Source: Methylacidiphilum caldifontis
Lineage (GTDB): Bacteria > Verrucomicrobiota > Verrucomicrobiia > Methylacidiphilales > CAMAQI01
Assembly: GCA_945877805.1 (NCBI GenBank)
Contig: CAMCSM010000004.1
Location: 1,582 to 65,581, forward strand
DNA: 64,000 nucleotides
Reading direction: 5' to 3'
Positions 9,276 to 19,665 of this stretch are shown piece after piece; the first letter of the stretch is position 1; each line of letters starts with the position of its first letter. The position numbers and the translations under genes are program-made. The notes under the pieces are model-generated. The model was not told where the DNA came from. It worked only from the letters and a program-made list of their open reading frames with translations, and did not search any database.

Positions 9276-10244
9276 GTGAATCCAAAGCCCGTACATCATC
9301 CGGTTTTGCTGGAGGCGTTTTTGGACGCCGTCCAGCCGAAGTCCGGTGAACGATGGATCGATGGGACTTTTGGGCGCGGTGGCCATACGACAGCGCTGTT
9401 GGAGCGAGGGGTGAAAGTCTTAGCGCTTGACCAAGATGCGGAGGCAGAGGCCGCTGCGGTTTTGGTGAAGGAACGTTGGGGGGAGTCGTTTCATTTCTTC
9501 CGAGAAAATTTTCGGGAGATGAAGCGGGTGAGTGAATCGATGGGATGGGAGAAGGTGGAGGGGATTCTTTTGGATCTCGGGGTTTCTTCTCCGCAGTTCG
9601 ATCAGGCGGAACGGGGGTTTAGTTTTCGGATGGAGGGACCTTTGGATATGCGGATGGATATGCGCCAGTTTTTGACTGCCGCGCGAATCATTTCCGGAGA
9701 GTCAGAGGAGGGGCTGAGTCGGATTTTTTGGGAGCTCGGTGAGGATCGGGATTCGCGAAAGATCGCTCGGGCGATTGTGAAGGCTCGGGAGGTGACTCCG
9801 ATTGAAACGACGACGCAATTGGCAGAGTTGGTCTCGGCAACAGTGCCGTGGCGGAAGGCGAAAGGGATTCATCCGGCGACGCAGGTTTTTCAAGCACTGC
9901 GTTTGAAGGTGAATGAGGAGATTGCGGTGTTGGAGGAGGTTTTGCCGGAGGGAACTGCCTTGTTATCGGAGGAGGGGCGGTTTGCGGTGATCAGTTTTCA
10001 TTCGGGTGAGGACAAGCGAGTGAAGCGTTTTTTTCAACGGCACGCTGCGGCGGAGTTGGAGAATCCGAGAAATGGGTGGCTGGAGCCGAATCCAGAGCGT
10101 TGGTATGGGCGGGTGAAGCGATTTTTGCCGGAAGAAGCGGAAATACAGCTCAATCCGAGATCGCGAAGTGCGCGACTTCGGGTGGCCTGGAAAAGTTTAA
10201 AGGAAGAAAAAAAGAGGAAATATTATGAGCCGAAATCGAGTTAA
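9276..10244 (+). CDS. rsmH: 16S rRNA (cytosine1402-N4)-methyltransferase
   Basis: HHPVLL...DGTFGRGGHT...LLDLGVSSPQFD...RGFSF...ISFHSGEDKRVK...NPRSRSARLR are RsmH/MraW hallmark motifs. GTG start. Confidence 0.9.
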   Translation: MNPKPVHHPVLLEAFLDAVQPKSGERWIDGTFGRGGHTTALLERGVKVLALDQDAEAEAAAVLVKERWGESFHFFRENFREMKRVSESMGWEKVEGILLDLGVSSPQFDQAERGFSFRMEGPLDMRMDMRQFLTAARIISGESEEGLSRIFWELGEDRDSRKIARAIVKAREVTPIETTTQLAELVSATVPWRKAKGIHPATQVFQALRLKVNEEIAVLEEVLPEGTALLSEEGRFAVISFHSGEDKRVKRFFQRHAAAELENPRNGWLEPNPERWYGRVKRFLPEEAEIQLNPRSRSARLRVAWKSLKEEKKRKYYEPKSS

Positions 10245-10578
10245 AAGCAGTCAATCACTTCATTGGGCGACCGTGCTTTTTTGGGTCGTGCTGGTGGGGA
10301 TGATCGCCTCGCTCGGAGTCAGTTATCTTGTGTTGAAGAATCGGATTATTCGGATTGCTGAAGAATCGCGAAAACAGGAGGTGGAGTTGATGAGATGGAA
10401 GGATCGTAATGCTCAGTTGCAAGCGGCGATTCAAACACTTCGTTCTCCGAAGGAGTTAGAGAAAAAAATTTCTGGGATGGGATTAGTGCGGGTATCGGAG
10501 TTGCAATGGATTCGGATGGATAATACGCCGGAGACCAAATTAGTTCGTGGGATGAATTTTGACGGAAGGGAGCCATAA
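10225..10578 (+). CDS. ftsL: FtsL-like cell-division protein
   Basis: 117 aa with a single TM helix (ATVLFWVVLVGMIASLGVSYLVL) followed by a coiled-coil-like segment. It occupies the rsmH-ftsI position typical of ftsL. Confidence 0.65.
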   Translation: MSRNRVKSSQSLHWATVLFWVVLVGMIASLGVSYLVLKNRIIRIAEESRKQEVELMRWKDRNAQLQAAIQTLRSPKELEKKISGMGLVRVSELQWIRMDNTPETKLVRGMNFDGREP

Positions 10579-10582
10579 TCCC

Positions 10583-12286
10583 ATGTCTTTGCGCAACCGA
10601 GCATTAATATTGACCTGCTGTTTAGCCCTTGGCTTTACGATCGTCTCGCTCCGGCTTGTGCAGATTCAGATTATGGATGGAGATCGATTCCATCAGGAAG
10701 CGATTCGAAATCATTTTGAGCGGGTCGAGGTGGCGCCGACTCGGGGGATGATTTTGGATTCGCATGGGACTATTTTAGCGAAGACGCATGTCGTTTATGA
10801 TGTTCGATTGGATGGGAAAGAGCTCAAGAGGCCTGAGCAGGATTTACCTTTAATTTCGAAGATCTTAGAGATTCCGTTGTCACAATTAAAAGAGGTCTAT
10901 TCCCCTACGAAACGTTTTGAGCTTTTGAAGACGAATCTTACGGAGGAGACGGTCTCGGCACTGAAGGATTTAAAATTAAAATCCCTTATTTTTGAGCGGA
11001 AGGCGATCCGTGCTTATCCGAATGGAGAGCATGCGAGTCATGCGATCGGATTTGTGGATCAGCAATGTTCAGGGGTTATGGGGATTGAGCGGTTGATGAA
11101 TAAAGAGCTCAAGGGGATTTCGGGGGAGCGCTGGATTGAACGGGATGTTCGTAAGCGAGAGATTGCGGCCTATCGACGTAAAGATGTGCGTTCCGTGGAT
11201 GGGATGAACGTTCAGTTGACTTTGGATTTGGGGATTCAACATGTGGTTGAGGAGTCGATTAGTCGCGTCATGGAGAAGACCAAAGCAAATGCGGTTTACT
11301 CGATTGTGATGCGGCCGAAGACGGGAGAGATTTTAGCGATGGCAAGTCGGCCGAACTTTGACCCGAATCAAGGAGGGGCGAAAGAGTTGAGTCAGTTGCG
11401 GAATCGTTGTTTGACGGATGTCGTTGAGCCGGGGTCGACCTTTAAGATTGTGACCTTAGCCGGAGTTTTGCAAGAGGGGTTGATGTCGCTGAATACGCAG
11501 ATTTTCTGTGAGAACGGAACTTTTTACTATGGAGGCAAATTACTTCATGATGATGAGGCGAATGGGGTTTTAACCGTTGAGGAGGTGTTGGCGCGTTCGA
11601 GTAATATTGGATTTTGTAAGATGGGATTGGCGCTGGGGGATGAACGACTTTATACCTACGCAAAGCAGTTTGGATTTGGAGCGGTCACCGGAATGATGAC
11701 GGGACAGGGGGAGAGTGCTGGAATTTTAAATCCGTTGCATCGCTGGACGAAGGTTTCGATTTCACGGATTCCGATGGGACATGAAATTGGGGTGACGCCG
11801 ATTCAAATGGTGAGCGCTTATAGTGCGATTGCGAATGGGGGAAGGCTGATGGAGCCGCGGTTGATCCGTTCGATTTCAGATAATCAAGGCAGAGTCCTTC
11901 GAGCCTTTCCTCCGCATGTGATTCGTCAGGTGATTCAGGAAAAGACAGCGAATCTTGTTTCTGAGGCATTGACGCGTGTCTTGTCTTCTGAGGGAACAGG
12001 AAAGCGTGCGAATGTTCCCGGTTTTACCGTTGCGGGAAAAACAGGGACGGCGCAGAAAGTGATTAATGGGGCATATTCTAAAGAAAAATATTTAGCCTCA
12101 TTTGTCGGTTATATGCCTCAGGAAAATCCGGAATTTGTTATTTTGGTGATGGTGGATGAGCCGAAGGGGCGTGAGTATCACGGCGGACAAGTGGCGGCTC
12201 CTGCTTTTTCAGAGATGGCGGCCCAGATTGCTCAGTCGCTTAATTTAGTTCCTAAAAGTGCTCCAGCAACAAAGGCGGCGCTATGA
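10583..12286 (+). CDS. ftsI: Peptidoglycan D,D-transpeptidase FtsI (PBP3-type)
   Basis: N-terminal TM helix, PBP dimerisation region, and transpeptidase motifs STFK (GSTFKIV), SSN and KTGT(AQK). I chose the ATG at 10583 because it lies just after the ftsL stop. Confidence 0.9.
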   Translation: MSLRNRALILTCCLALGFTIVSLRLVQIQIMDGDRFHQEAIRNHFERVEVAPTRGMILDSHGTILAKTHVVYDVRLDGKELKRPEQDLPLISKILEIPLSQLKEVYSPTKRFELLKTNLTEETVSALKDLKLKSLIFERKAIRAYPNGEHASHAIGFVDQQCSGVMGIERLMNKELKGISGERWIERDVRKREIAAYRRKDVRSVDGMNVQLTLDLGIQHVVEESISRVMEKTKANAVYSIVMRPKTGEILAMASRPNFDPNQGGAKELSQLRNRCLTDVVEPGSTFKIVTLAGVLQEGLMSLNTQIFCENGTFYYGGKLLHDDEANGVLTVEEVLARSSNIGFCKMGLALGDERLYTYAKQFGFGAVTGMMTGQGESAGILNPLHRWTKVSISRIPMGHEIGVTPIQMVSAYSAIANGGRLMEPRLIRSISDNQGRVLRAFPPHVIRQVIQEKTANLVSEALTRVLSSEGTGKRANVPGFTVAGKTGTAQKVINGAYSKEKYLASFVGYMPQENPEFVILVMVDEPKGREYHGGQVAAPAFSEMAAQIAQSLNLVPKSAPATKAAL

Positions 12287-13752
12287 AGCAATCGCAACTT
12301 CACTCTTTATTTCCTGAAGCGATTTTTAAAGGAGAGCTGCACGGAGAGATCCGGGGCTTGAGCTATGACTCGCGTCGTGTCCGATCAGGAGATCTCTTTT
12401 TTGCGTGGAAAGGGGATAAATCGGATGGGCATCAATATTTGCTTCAAGCGATCGAAAAAGGGGCGGTGGGGGTTGTCGTGGAGAAGATTTCTGCAGCGTT
12501 ACCTCCGCAGTTTTTACAAATTGAGGTCAAACGGGTGCGTGAAAGCCTTGCTCGGGTTGCCTCGGTTTTTCATCACGATCCGAGTCAGAAATTGGCGTTG
12601 ATTGGAGTGACCGGAACGAATGGAAAGACGACCACGGCTTATTTAACGAAACATCTTCTTCAATCGAGCGGATGGAATTCTGGGCTGATCGGAACGATCC
12701 GTTATGAAATTGGCGACCGTATCATTCCTTCGACGCGAACGACTCCCGAAGGATCGGATTTGCAGGATCTGTTTTCTCAGATGGTGAAAGAGGGGGCACG
12801 GGCCTCGGTGATGGAGGTCTCCTCTCATGCGTTAGATCAAGGACGTGTGGCGGGAACGAAGTTTCAAGTCGTTGTTTATACAAATCTCACTCAAGATCAT
12901 CTTGATTATCATGGATCGATGGAGAGTTATTTTCAGGCGAAACTGAGTCTATTTACGGGATTGGAATCCGGATCGAGTGCGGTGATCAATTTGGATGATC
13001 CGCGGGCGATGAAAGTGATCGAATCGCTTCCTGCGAATGTGACTCCGATTACCGTGAGTGTTGAGGAGCATCCCGAAGCGACGCTTTTGGCGCGCAAGGT
13101 CGTTTGTCATACGGGCGGAACAGAGTTTGAGTTAGTCTATCAAGGGGCCACTTTTGCGATTTCAACTCCTTTGATCGGGATGTTCAATGTGGCCAATACG
13201 CTTTGTGCGATGGCCGCTGTTTTAGCTTTAGGGATTTCAACAGAAACGATGATCGATCATTTGCAGACCATTCCTCAAGTTCCCGGTCGTTTGGAAAAAA
13301 TCATGCGTCAGGATGGATTAACGGCGGTGGTTGATTATGCGCATACGGAAGATGCGTTGAGAAAAACGCTGATGACCCTTCGGGATTTGAATCCAAGAAA
13401 ATTAGTCGTGGTGATTGGATGTGGGGGGAATCGTGATGCCTCGAAGCGTCCGAAGATGGCGCGTGCGGCGGTAGAGCTTGCGGATCTTGCTATTTTTACA
13501 TCCGATAATCCTCGCAATGAATCGGCCGCTACGATTTTAGATCATATGGAGGCGGGGGTGATGGGGGCGAGGAACTATCTTAAAATTGAAGATCGAAAAT
13601 CAGCCATTTTAAAGGCTTTAAATGAAGCACAGTCGAGCGATCTCGTTTGTATTGCCGGTAAAGGACATGAGGTGACGCAGGAGATTGGAGGACGATATCT
13701 GGCCTTTGATGACTGCGAAGTGGTTCGTGAGTGTATGGGGGTTCTTGTATGA
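12283..13752 (+). CDS. murE: UDP-MurNAc-L-Ala-D-Glu:meso-DAP ligase
   Basis: [12 protein letters not shown]-loop, Mur-ligase middle and C-terminal domains, and a DNPR motif (TSDNPRNE) typical of DAP-adding MurE. Confidence 0.9.
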   Translation: MKQSQLHSLFPEAIFKGELHGEIRGLSYDSRRVRSGDLFFAWKGDKSDGHQYLLQAIEKGAVGVVVEKISAALPPQFLQIEVKRVRESLARVASVFHHDPSQKLALIGVTGTNGKTTTAYLTKHLLQSSGWNSGLIGTIRYEIGDRIIPSTRTTPEGSDLQDLFSQMVKEGARASVMEVSSHALDQGRVAGTKFQVVVYTNLTQDHLDYHGSMESYFQAKLSLFTGLESGSSAVINLDDPRAMKVIESLPANVTPITVSVEEHPEATLLARKVVCHTGGTEFELVYQGATFAISTPLIGMFNVANTLCAMAAVLALGISTETMIDHLQTIPQVPGRLEKIMRQDGLTAVVDYAHTEDALRKTLMTLRDLNPRKLVVVIGCGGNRDASKRPKMARAAVELADLAIFTSDNPRNESAATILDHMEAGVMGARNYLKIEDRKSAILKALNEAQSSDLVCIAGKGHEVTQEIGGRYLAFDDCEVVRECMGVLV

Positions 13753-15131
13753 GAGAGGTCACCGTTCGTGATTTAGCCGAGGCAATGGGGGGAACCGTTC
13801 TTCGGGGAAGTGGATCGATTTCACGACTTCATACCGATACGCGGACGATTCGTGCAGGAGATTGTTTCGTTGCTTTGTCTGGAGAGCATTTTGATGGGCA
13901 TCAGTATGTGATCGCAAGCGCTCAGGGGGGGGCTGTTGCGGCCGTCGTTGCAAAGGTACCTGAAGGGGAATTACCTGAGTCGTTTGGATTGATTCTGGTG
14001 GAGGATCCGCTGCAAGCGTTGCAGCGTTATGCCCATTTTTATCGCAAAAGTCTTCAGGTTCGTGTCGTCGGAATCACGGGGAGCAGTGGGAAGACGAGTA
14101 CGAAAGAATTTATCAAAGCGGTGCTTTCACAGAAGTTTAAGACTGGGGCGACTGTTGCAAATTTAAATAATCATATTGGGGTTCCGTTAACGCTTTTATC
14201 TTTGGAGCCAGAAACGGAGTGGGCGGTCGTGGAGATGGGGATGAATCACCCTGGGGAAATTGAGCCGTTAGCAAGGATGAGTGCCCCTGATTTTGGGGTG
14301 ATCACTCGGGTGGGTCAGGCGCATATCGAAAATTTTAAAAATATTCAAGGGATTGCTCAGGAGAAGTCGGAGTTGTTACGGGCATTGAAATCGACTGGAA
14401 AAGCCTTTATTCCCGCAGAGGATTGCTTTTGTTCTTATCTCAGTGGACGTACAGAGGCTCCGATTGTTTATGTCGGAGAGTCGAACTCCTCTCGTTGGAA
14501 AGCAAAAGAGATTCAAGTGACGGCACAAGGGTTGGAGTTTTTGCTGGAGCATAACGGAAGCTCTATTGCGGTTCGACTTCCCCTTTGGAATCGAGTGATG
14601 ATTCAAAACGCTCTTTTAGCTGCCGCGGTGGGATTTGAGGCAGGGGTTTCCTTGGAGCAAATTGCGATGGGGCTTCAACAGGTTGAACTGCCGGGACAAC
14701 GGATGAAGGTTTATCGTCAAGATGGAGCGATCTGGATTAATGATGCTTACAATGCGAATCCGGAGTCAATGGAGTCCGCAGTGAATACATTAATGGAAAT
14801 TCCATTTGATGGGGTGCGCGTTGCGGTGTTGGGGAGCATGGGAGAGCTTGGGGGACAGGCTGAGATGTTGCATCGGGAGATCGGCTCTTATGCGGCACGC
14901 CATGGAGTGAGTCAGGTCGTTGCCGTAGGTCCGATGGCTGATTTGATTGCTGAAGGGGTCCGTCTGGTAACTGACTCAAAGACGGAGGTTCTCACGGCTT
15001 TGGATGCTGCGGAGTCGATTGAAATTTTAGAACGCTCCGATCTCAAGCGAGCGGTGTTGGTGAAGGGGTCTCGATTTATGAAGCTCGAAAAAGTTGTTGA
15101 GCATTTCACGGGACAAGGGGGGGGGCACTAA
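13749..15131 (+). CDS. murF: UDP-MurNAc-tripeptide:D-Ala-D-Ala ligase
   Basis: GITGSSGKTSTKE P-loop, NNHIGVPLTLL and DAYNANP motifs. The ATGA start overlaps the murE stop. Confidence 0.9.
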   Translation: MREVTVRDLAEAMGGTVLRGSGSISRLHTDTRTIRAGDCFVALSGEHFDGHQYVIASAQGGAVAAVVAKVPEGELPESFGLILVEDPLQALQRYAHFYRKSLQVRVVGITGSSGKTSTKEFIKAVLSQKFKTGATVANLNNHIGVPLTLLSLEPETEWAVVEMGMNHPGEIEPLARMSAPDFGVITRVGQAHIENFKNIQGIAQEKSELLRALKSTGKAFIPAEDCFCSYLSGRTEAPIVYVGESNSSRWKAKEIQVTAQGLEFLLEHNGSSIAVRLPLWNRVMIQNALLAAAVGFEAGVSLEQIAMGLQQVELPGQRMKVYRQDGAIWINDAYNANPESMESAVNTLMEIPFDGVRVAVLGSMGELGGQAEMLHREIGSYAARHGVSQVVAVGPMADLIAEGVRLVTDSKTEVLTALDAAESIEILERSDLKRAVLVKGSRFMKLEKVVEHFTGQGGGH

Positions 15132-15132
15132 T

Positions 15133-16233
15133 ATGTTTTATTATCTTCATCAATGGGCGAGCGATCTCGGATTTTTGAACGTCTTTCGGTATGTGACCTT
15201 TCGTGCGATTGGGGCGGCATTAACCGCATTAATTCTTTGTTTGTGGCTAGGGCCAATGACGATTCGCTTGCTCACGCGTTTGAAATTAGGCCAGCCGTTA
15301 CGAGGGAAAGAGGAGGTGCATAAACTTGCGGATCTTCATAGTGCTAAAAAAGGGACTCCGACGATGGGAGGGCTGCTCATTTTATTGTCGGTGACCGTAT
15401 CGACATTGCTTTGGGCACGCCTCGATCAAACGGTACTTTGGCTTGCGCTGATCGGAATGCTTCTTTTAGGGATGGTCGGATTTGCGGATGACTATTTGAA
15501 GGTTGCCAAGAAAAAGTCAGATGGAATTCCTGGTCGAATTAAATTGGCTGGTCAGTTTCTCGTTGCCGTTGGGGTTGCGGCTGTATTAATGGGAAGTCCG
15601 ATTCATCGCGACTCTTGCGAAATGATTTTTGTCCCCTTTATGAAGAGCCCTCTGCTTACCCAGATTGGCTGGTGGGTGATTCCTTTCTTTGCGATCGTCG
15701 TGATGGGGACCTCCAATGCAGTAAATTTGACCGATGGTTTAGATGGGTTGGCCGCAGGGTGTACCGTGAGTGTGATGTTGGTCTTTGCAGTCTTTTCTTA
15801 TCTTTCGGGGCATCTCGATCATGCAAAGTATCTCTATCTTCCGCATACCCCAGGCGCAGGGGAGCTCGCTGTTTTTTGTGCGGCGATGGCGGGGGCCGCG
15901 CTTGGATTTCTTTGGTATAATTGTCATCCGGCGCAAGTGTTCATGGGAGATACGGGCTCACTTGCGATTGGGGGAGGACTTGGCGTTGTCGCCATTTGTA
16001 TTAACCAAGAGTTACTTTTGATCATTGCCGGCGGGGTTTTTGTGATGGAGGCCGGATCGGTGTTGCTGCAGGTCGCCTCCTTTAAACTGACCGGGAAACG
16101 AATCTTTGCGATGGCGCCGATCCATCATCATTTTGAACTTAAGGGTTGGAAAGAGACAATGGTCGTGACCCGTTTCTGGATCTTGAGTTTCCTTTTTGCG
16201 GTGATTGCAATTTCAACACTGAAATTAAGATAA
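15133..16233 (+). CDS. mraY: Phospho-MurNAc-pentapeptide translocase
   Basis: Polytopic membrane protein with KKGTPTMGG, NAVNLTDGLDGLA, MGDTGSLAIGG and APIHHHFE motifs. The ATG at 15133 lies directly after the murF stop. Confidence 0.92.
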   Translation: MFYYLHQWASDLGFLNVFRYVTFRAIGAALTALILCLWLGPMTIRLLTRLKLGQPLRGKEEVHKLADLHSAKKGTPTMGGLLILLSVTVSTLLWARLDQTVLWLALIGMLLLGMVGFADDYLKVAKKKSDGIPGRIKLAGQFLVAVGVAAVLMGSPIHRDSCEMIFVPFMKSPLLTQIGWWVIPFFAIVVMGTSNAVNLTDGLDGLAAGCTVSVMLVFAVFSYLSGHLDHAKYLYLPHTPGAGELAVFCAAMAGAALGFLWYNCHPAQVFMGDTGSLAIGGGLGVVAICINQELLLIIAGGVFVMEAGSVLLQVASFKLTGKRIFAMAPIHHHFELKGWKETMVVTRFWILSFLFAVIAISTLKLR

Positions 16234-16234
16234 C

Positions 16235-17563
16235 ATGAATATACAAGGTCAACATCTTCTGATTTTGGGGCTCGGCGTGAGCGGCTTTGCGGCCGCCCGT
16301 CTTGCTCGTGAACTTGGAGCTCATGTGACGGTGTGTGATGAAGCGATGCGTCCGACGATTCGCGATAAAGGTCTGACGCTCGAAAAAGAGGGGATCACGA
16401 TTCATTTAGGGGGCAATTTAATAATGCCCGCTTGTGACCTTGTGATCGTGAGTCCGGGGATTGATTTACAGTCCGATTTTGCAAAGAGTGTGATTCCTTT
16501 AGGAGTTCCTATCATTGGGGAGTTAGAGTTTGCCTCCTCTTTCTGTAAGCTCCCGATGATTGCGATTACAGGAACGAATGGAAAGACGACGACGACGGAG
16601 TTAATTTCTGCGGCTCTGATCAAGGCAGGCAAAAAAACGGAGGCCGTCGGCAATATCGGGAAAGCCCTTTCGATTGTGGCAAAGAATTCATGCGACTTTG
16701 ATTGCTTAGTGATTGAGGTGAGCTCTTTTCAGTTGGAGACGATTCGAGAGTTTTCTCCGCATATTGCGTTGCATTTGAACTTAACTCCCGATCACTTGGA
16801 TCGTTACGAATCGATGAGTGATTACGGTCGCGCCAAAGAGCGTATTTTTGAGAATCAGAAATCGAGCGACTTTGCGGTGGTCAATTCAAATTTAAGCCTT
16901 CAACCCTTTAAGGCTAAAAAGATAACTTTTAGTGGGGTTGATTCAAAAGCTGATTATCGATTTGAAAATGGAGTCCTCTTCGCTGGTTCTGAGCGCCTCA
17001 TGAGCATGAGTGAATCGCAGCTTCTGGGGATGCATAATGTGGAGAATATTTTAGCCACGCTTGCGACTACCGATCTGATGGGGGCCGATCGCAAGTTAGT
17101 TATTGAATCGATTTGTGAGTATCGTCCTAAAGCGCATCGATGCGAGAGGGTGGGAGAGTTTGAGGGAGTTCTTTATATCAATGATTCCAAAGGGACGAAT
17201 GCCGATGCCGTTGAAAAGGCCTTAAGTTCTTTGAGTCGTCCTGTGATTTTGATCGCGGGAGGAAAAGATAAGGGGCTTTCCTTTACTGAATTGCGCACGC
17301 CGATTTCTCAAAAAGTGAAACATGCGGTTCTCATCGGCGAGACACAAGATCAAATTGCTCGTGAATGGGATCAAGTGGTTCCGCTAGAAAAAGCGGCTTC
17401 GCTTCGTGAGGCCGTGGAGCTCGCTCGTCGTGCCGCGAGTCATGGCGATATTATTTTACTTTCCCCTGGATGTTCGAGTTTCGACATGTTTCGAAGCTAC
17501 GAAGATCGAGGAGATCAATTTCGTCAAGAGGTCTTGGCGATTCATCAATCCAAACAAACCTAA
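16235..17563 (+). CDS. murD: UDP-MurNAc-L-Ala:D-Glu ligase
   Basis: N-terminal Rossmann-like GLGVSG, the [11 protein letters not shown]-loop and Mur-ligase C-terminal motifs. Confidence 0.9.
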   Translation: MNIQGQHLLILGLGVSGFAAARLARELGAHVTVCDEAMRPTIRDKGLTLEKEGITIHLGGNLIMPACDLVIVSPGIDLQSDFAKSVIPLGVPIIGELEFASSFCKLPMIAITGTNGKTTTTELISAALIKAGKKTEAVGNIGKALSIVAKNSCDFDCLVIEVSSFQLETIREFSPHIALHLNLTPDHLDRYESMSDYGRAKERIFENQKSSDFAVVNSNLSLQPFKAKKITFSGVDSKADYRFENGVLFAGSERLMSMSESQLLGMHNVENILATLATTDLMGADRKLVIESICEYRPKAHRCERVGEFEGVLYINDSKGTNADAVEKALSSLSRPVILIAGGKDKGLSFTELRTPISQKVKHAVLIGETQDQIAREWDQVVPLEKAASLREAVELARRAASHGDIILLSPGCSSFDMFRSYEDRGDQFRQEVLAIHQSKQT

Positions 17564-17580
17564 CCGACTGGAGTAAATAT

Positions 17581-18438
17581 ATGGAAAACGAAAATCAACA
17601 ACAACAAGGTTCGTCCAATGGTGGCGGACTCAAACTGATGACGGTCTTTATCGTCGTCCTTGCCCTTCACGTTCTCGTCATTGGTGGCGTGAGCGCTTAC
17701 AGCCTTCTTAAGGGGAACACAGAGCCCGTGGCTCTTGAGGAAAACAATGCAGAAAAACAAGAGGCAACCCCGGCAGCCGCAGAGACCCCTGCATTAGAAA
17801 CAACGGCGCCTGTCGTGGCTGAAAATAGTGGAACCTCATCGGTGATCGCCCCAGAAGCGACTCCGACAGTGGCTCCTGTGATCACCTCACCTGAGCATTC
17901 TCTCACAACAGCGCCGATTGCTTCGGCTCCTGTCGTGGAGGCAGCTCCTAAACATGAGATGAGCTCGAATTCGAGTTATCATGTCGTTAAGGGAGATACC
18001 TTGAGCAAAATTGCTCGAATGCACGGAATGAAAGTTGCGGATCTCAAGGCCTTAAATGGAATGAAATCTGACAATCTAAAGATTGGACAGGAAATGAAAG
18101 TCCAAAGCGGAAACGCAGTGGTTTCCTCTCCTGTTGCTTCGAGTGTTAAGAGCGAGGTTGCTAGTTCAACTCCCGCTCCTGTTGCTGCAAAAGCGACGAC
18201 GACCGCAAGTTATGTCGTTGGAAAGGGAGATACATTAACCAAGATTGCAAAGCAATATAACACCACTCCTTCCGCAATTATGGCAGCAAACAAGCTTGCC
18301 GATGCGCGTAAATTAAAGATTGGAATGAAACTAAGCATCCCTTCGCAAACACGTCAGCAAGTCAGTGAGCAACAAGTGCCGGCTTCGACTTTGGAGAAAT
18401 CCTCAGGAACAAGCGCTGATTTTGCGATGGCAAAATAA
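17581..18438 (+). CDS. Bitopic membrane protein with two C-terminal LysM domains
   Basis: The ATG at 17581 is preceded by GGAG. The protein has a TM helix ([22 protein letters not shown]), an Ala/Pro/Thr-rich linker and two LysM repeats ([17 protein letters not shown]...LKIGQEMKV and [17 protein letters not shown]...[10 protein letters not shown]). Confidence 0.8.
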   Translation: MENENQQQQGSSNGGGLKLMTVFIVVLALHVLVIGGVSAYSLLKGNTEPVALEENNAEKQEATPAAAETPALETTAPVVAENSGTSSVIAPEATPTVAPVITSPEHSLTTAPIASAPVVEAAPKHEMSSNSSYHVVKGDTLSKIARMHGMKVADLKALNGMKSDNLKIGQEMKVQSGNAVVSSPVASSVKSEVASSTPAPVAAKATTTASYVVGKGDTLTKIAKQYNTTPSAIMAANKLADARKLKIGMKLSIPSQTRQQVSEQQVPASTLEKSSGTSADFAMAK

Positions 18439-18516
18439 TTTTTTCGAAGAAAAAATTATGAATTTATGAAAACACTATTTCTTAAGACTTTGAAAATTTA
18501 AAATAGCAAAAAAATT

Positions 18517-19665
18517 ATGATACAACGGAATGTAGGATATCTTCTGCTGGTGATGACGCTTGCGCTCATCTCCGTGGGAGTGATCATGCTGTTGAGCACG
18601 AGTGGCCGTCTGGCCATGGATGTTCATGCGGATCTCTACGCTCCGTTGCGCAAACAGATGGTTTGGCTCCTTTTGGGCTCGATCGTTTGCATCGCTGTCT
18701 CTCGTTTGGATTATCATTGGATCTTGCAGCACTCTTGGATCTGGGTTGCTTCATCAGCGTTGTTGATGGTGATGTGCCTCGTTCCTCATATTGGCAAAAA
18801 AGCCAAAGGAGCGGCTCGCTGGATCGAGGTCGGTGGGTTTACGCTCCAACCGTCTGAACTCGGGAAGGTTGCTTTTATCTGTTTTCTTGCCTGGTGGCTG
18901 GGACAGAATCAAAGGCGCATTCACGAGTTCGGGCGGGGGGTAGCGGTTCCTGTTGCGGTGTTCGGACTTTTTGCGGTCATCCTTGCGAAATTTCAACATG
19001 ATTTAGGATATACCGTTTTGATGGGAACGATCCTTTTCAGTATGTTGGTGTGTGCCGGAATTCGTTGGTATTATTTGGCGCCGATTCCCTTTTTGGGGAT
19101 TGGCGGGATCCTTGGAATTGCTTGGCTGATGCCGGAACGTCAAGGACGTCTGCTCGCTTTTATGGATATTGAGAAATATAAGCAAGGGGATGGCTGGCAA
19201 GTTTATCAAGCTTTAGTGGCTTTAGGATCAGGGGGAACAGAGGGGTTGGGATTGGGGAATAGCCGCCAAAAAATGTTTTGGCTTCCGGAAGCGCATACCG
19301 ATTTTGTTTTCCCGATTTTAGGCGAGGAACTCGGAGTCTGGGTGGCGCTTTTAGTCGTATTTTGTTTTTTAATCATGACTCTTTGTAGCGGATGGATCTC
19401 GATGAATGCTCCCGATGCGACGGGGGTATTACTGGGGATCGGAATCAGTACCCTTTTTGCCGTTCAATCTCTGATGAATTTATCGGTTGTCACAGGACTG
19501 ATGCCGAACAAAGGAGTTCCGTTGCCCTTTATTAGTTATGGGGGCTCCAGTTTGATGATGTGGATGGTGTGCATTGGAATTCTTTTTAATTTACAAAGAC
19601 AAGGGGTCCATGAATCGGATCAACGTGCTCCAGTAACCGTTAAAAAGGCAACGATTCGATTATGA
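18517..19665 (+). CDS. ftsW: SEDS-family peptidoglycan polymerase FtsW
   Basis: Ten-TM SEDS pattern with LQPSELGK, PEAHTDFVF and GVPLPFISYGGSS motifs. It sits between murD and murG in the dcw cluster. Confidence 0.9.
   Translation: MIQRNVGYLLLVMTLALISVGVIMLLSTSGRLAMDVHADLYAPLRKQMVWLLLGSIVCIAVSRLDYHWILQHSWIWVASSALLMVMCLVPHIGKKAKGAARWIEVGGFTLQPSELGKVAFICFLAWWLGQNQRRIHEFGRGVAVPVAVFGLFAVILAKFQHDLGYTVLMGTILFSMLVCAGIRWYYLAPIPFLGIGGILGIAWLMPERQGRLLAFMDIEKYKQGDGWQVYQALVALGSGGTEGLGLGNSRQKMFWLPEAHTDFVFPILGEELGVWVALLVVFCFLIMTLCSGWISMNAPDATGVLLGIGISTLFAVQSLMNLSVVTGLMPNKGVPLPFISYGGSSLMMWMVCIGILFNLQRQGVHESDQRAPVTVKKATIRL

Noticed and set aside
17470-17580. Upstream extension of the LysM-protein ORF that overlaps the murD 3' end
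   Set aside because: The extension is out of frame with and inside murD, and it encodes low-complexity sequence. The ATG at 17581 has a GGAG RBS and begins right after the murD stop.
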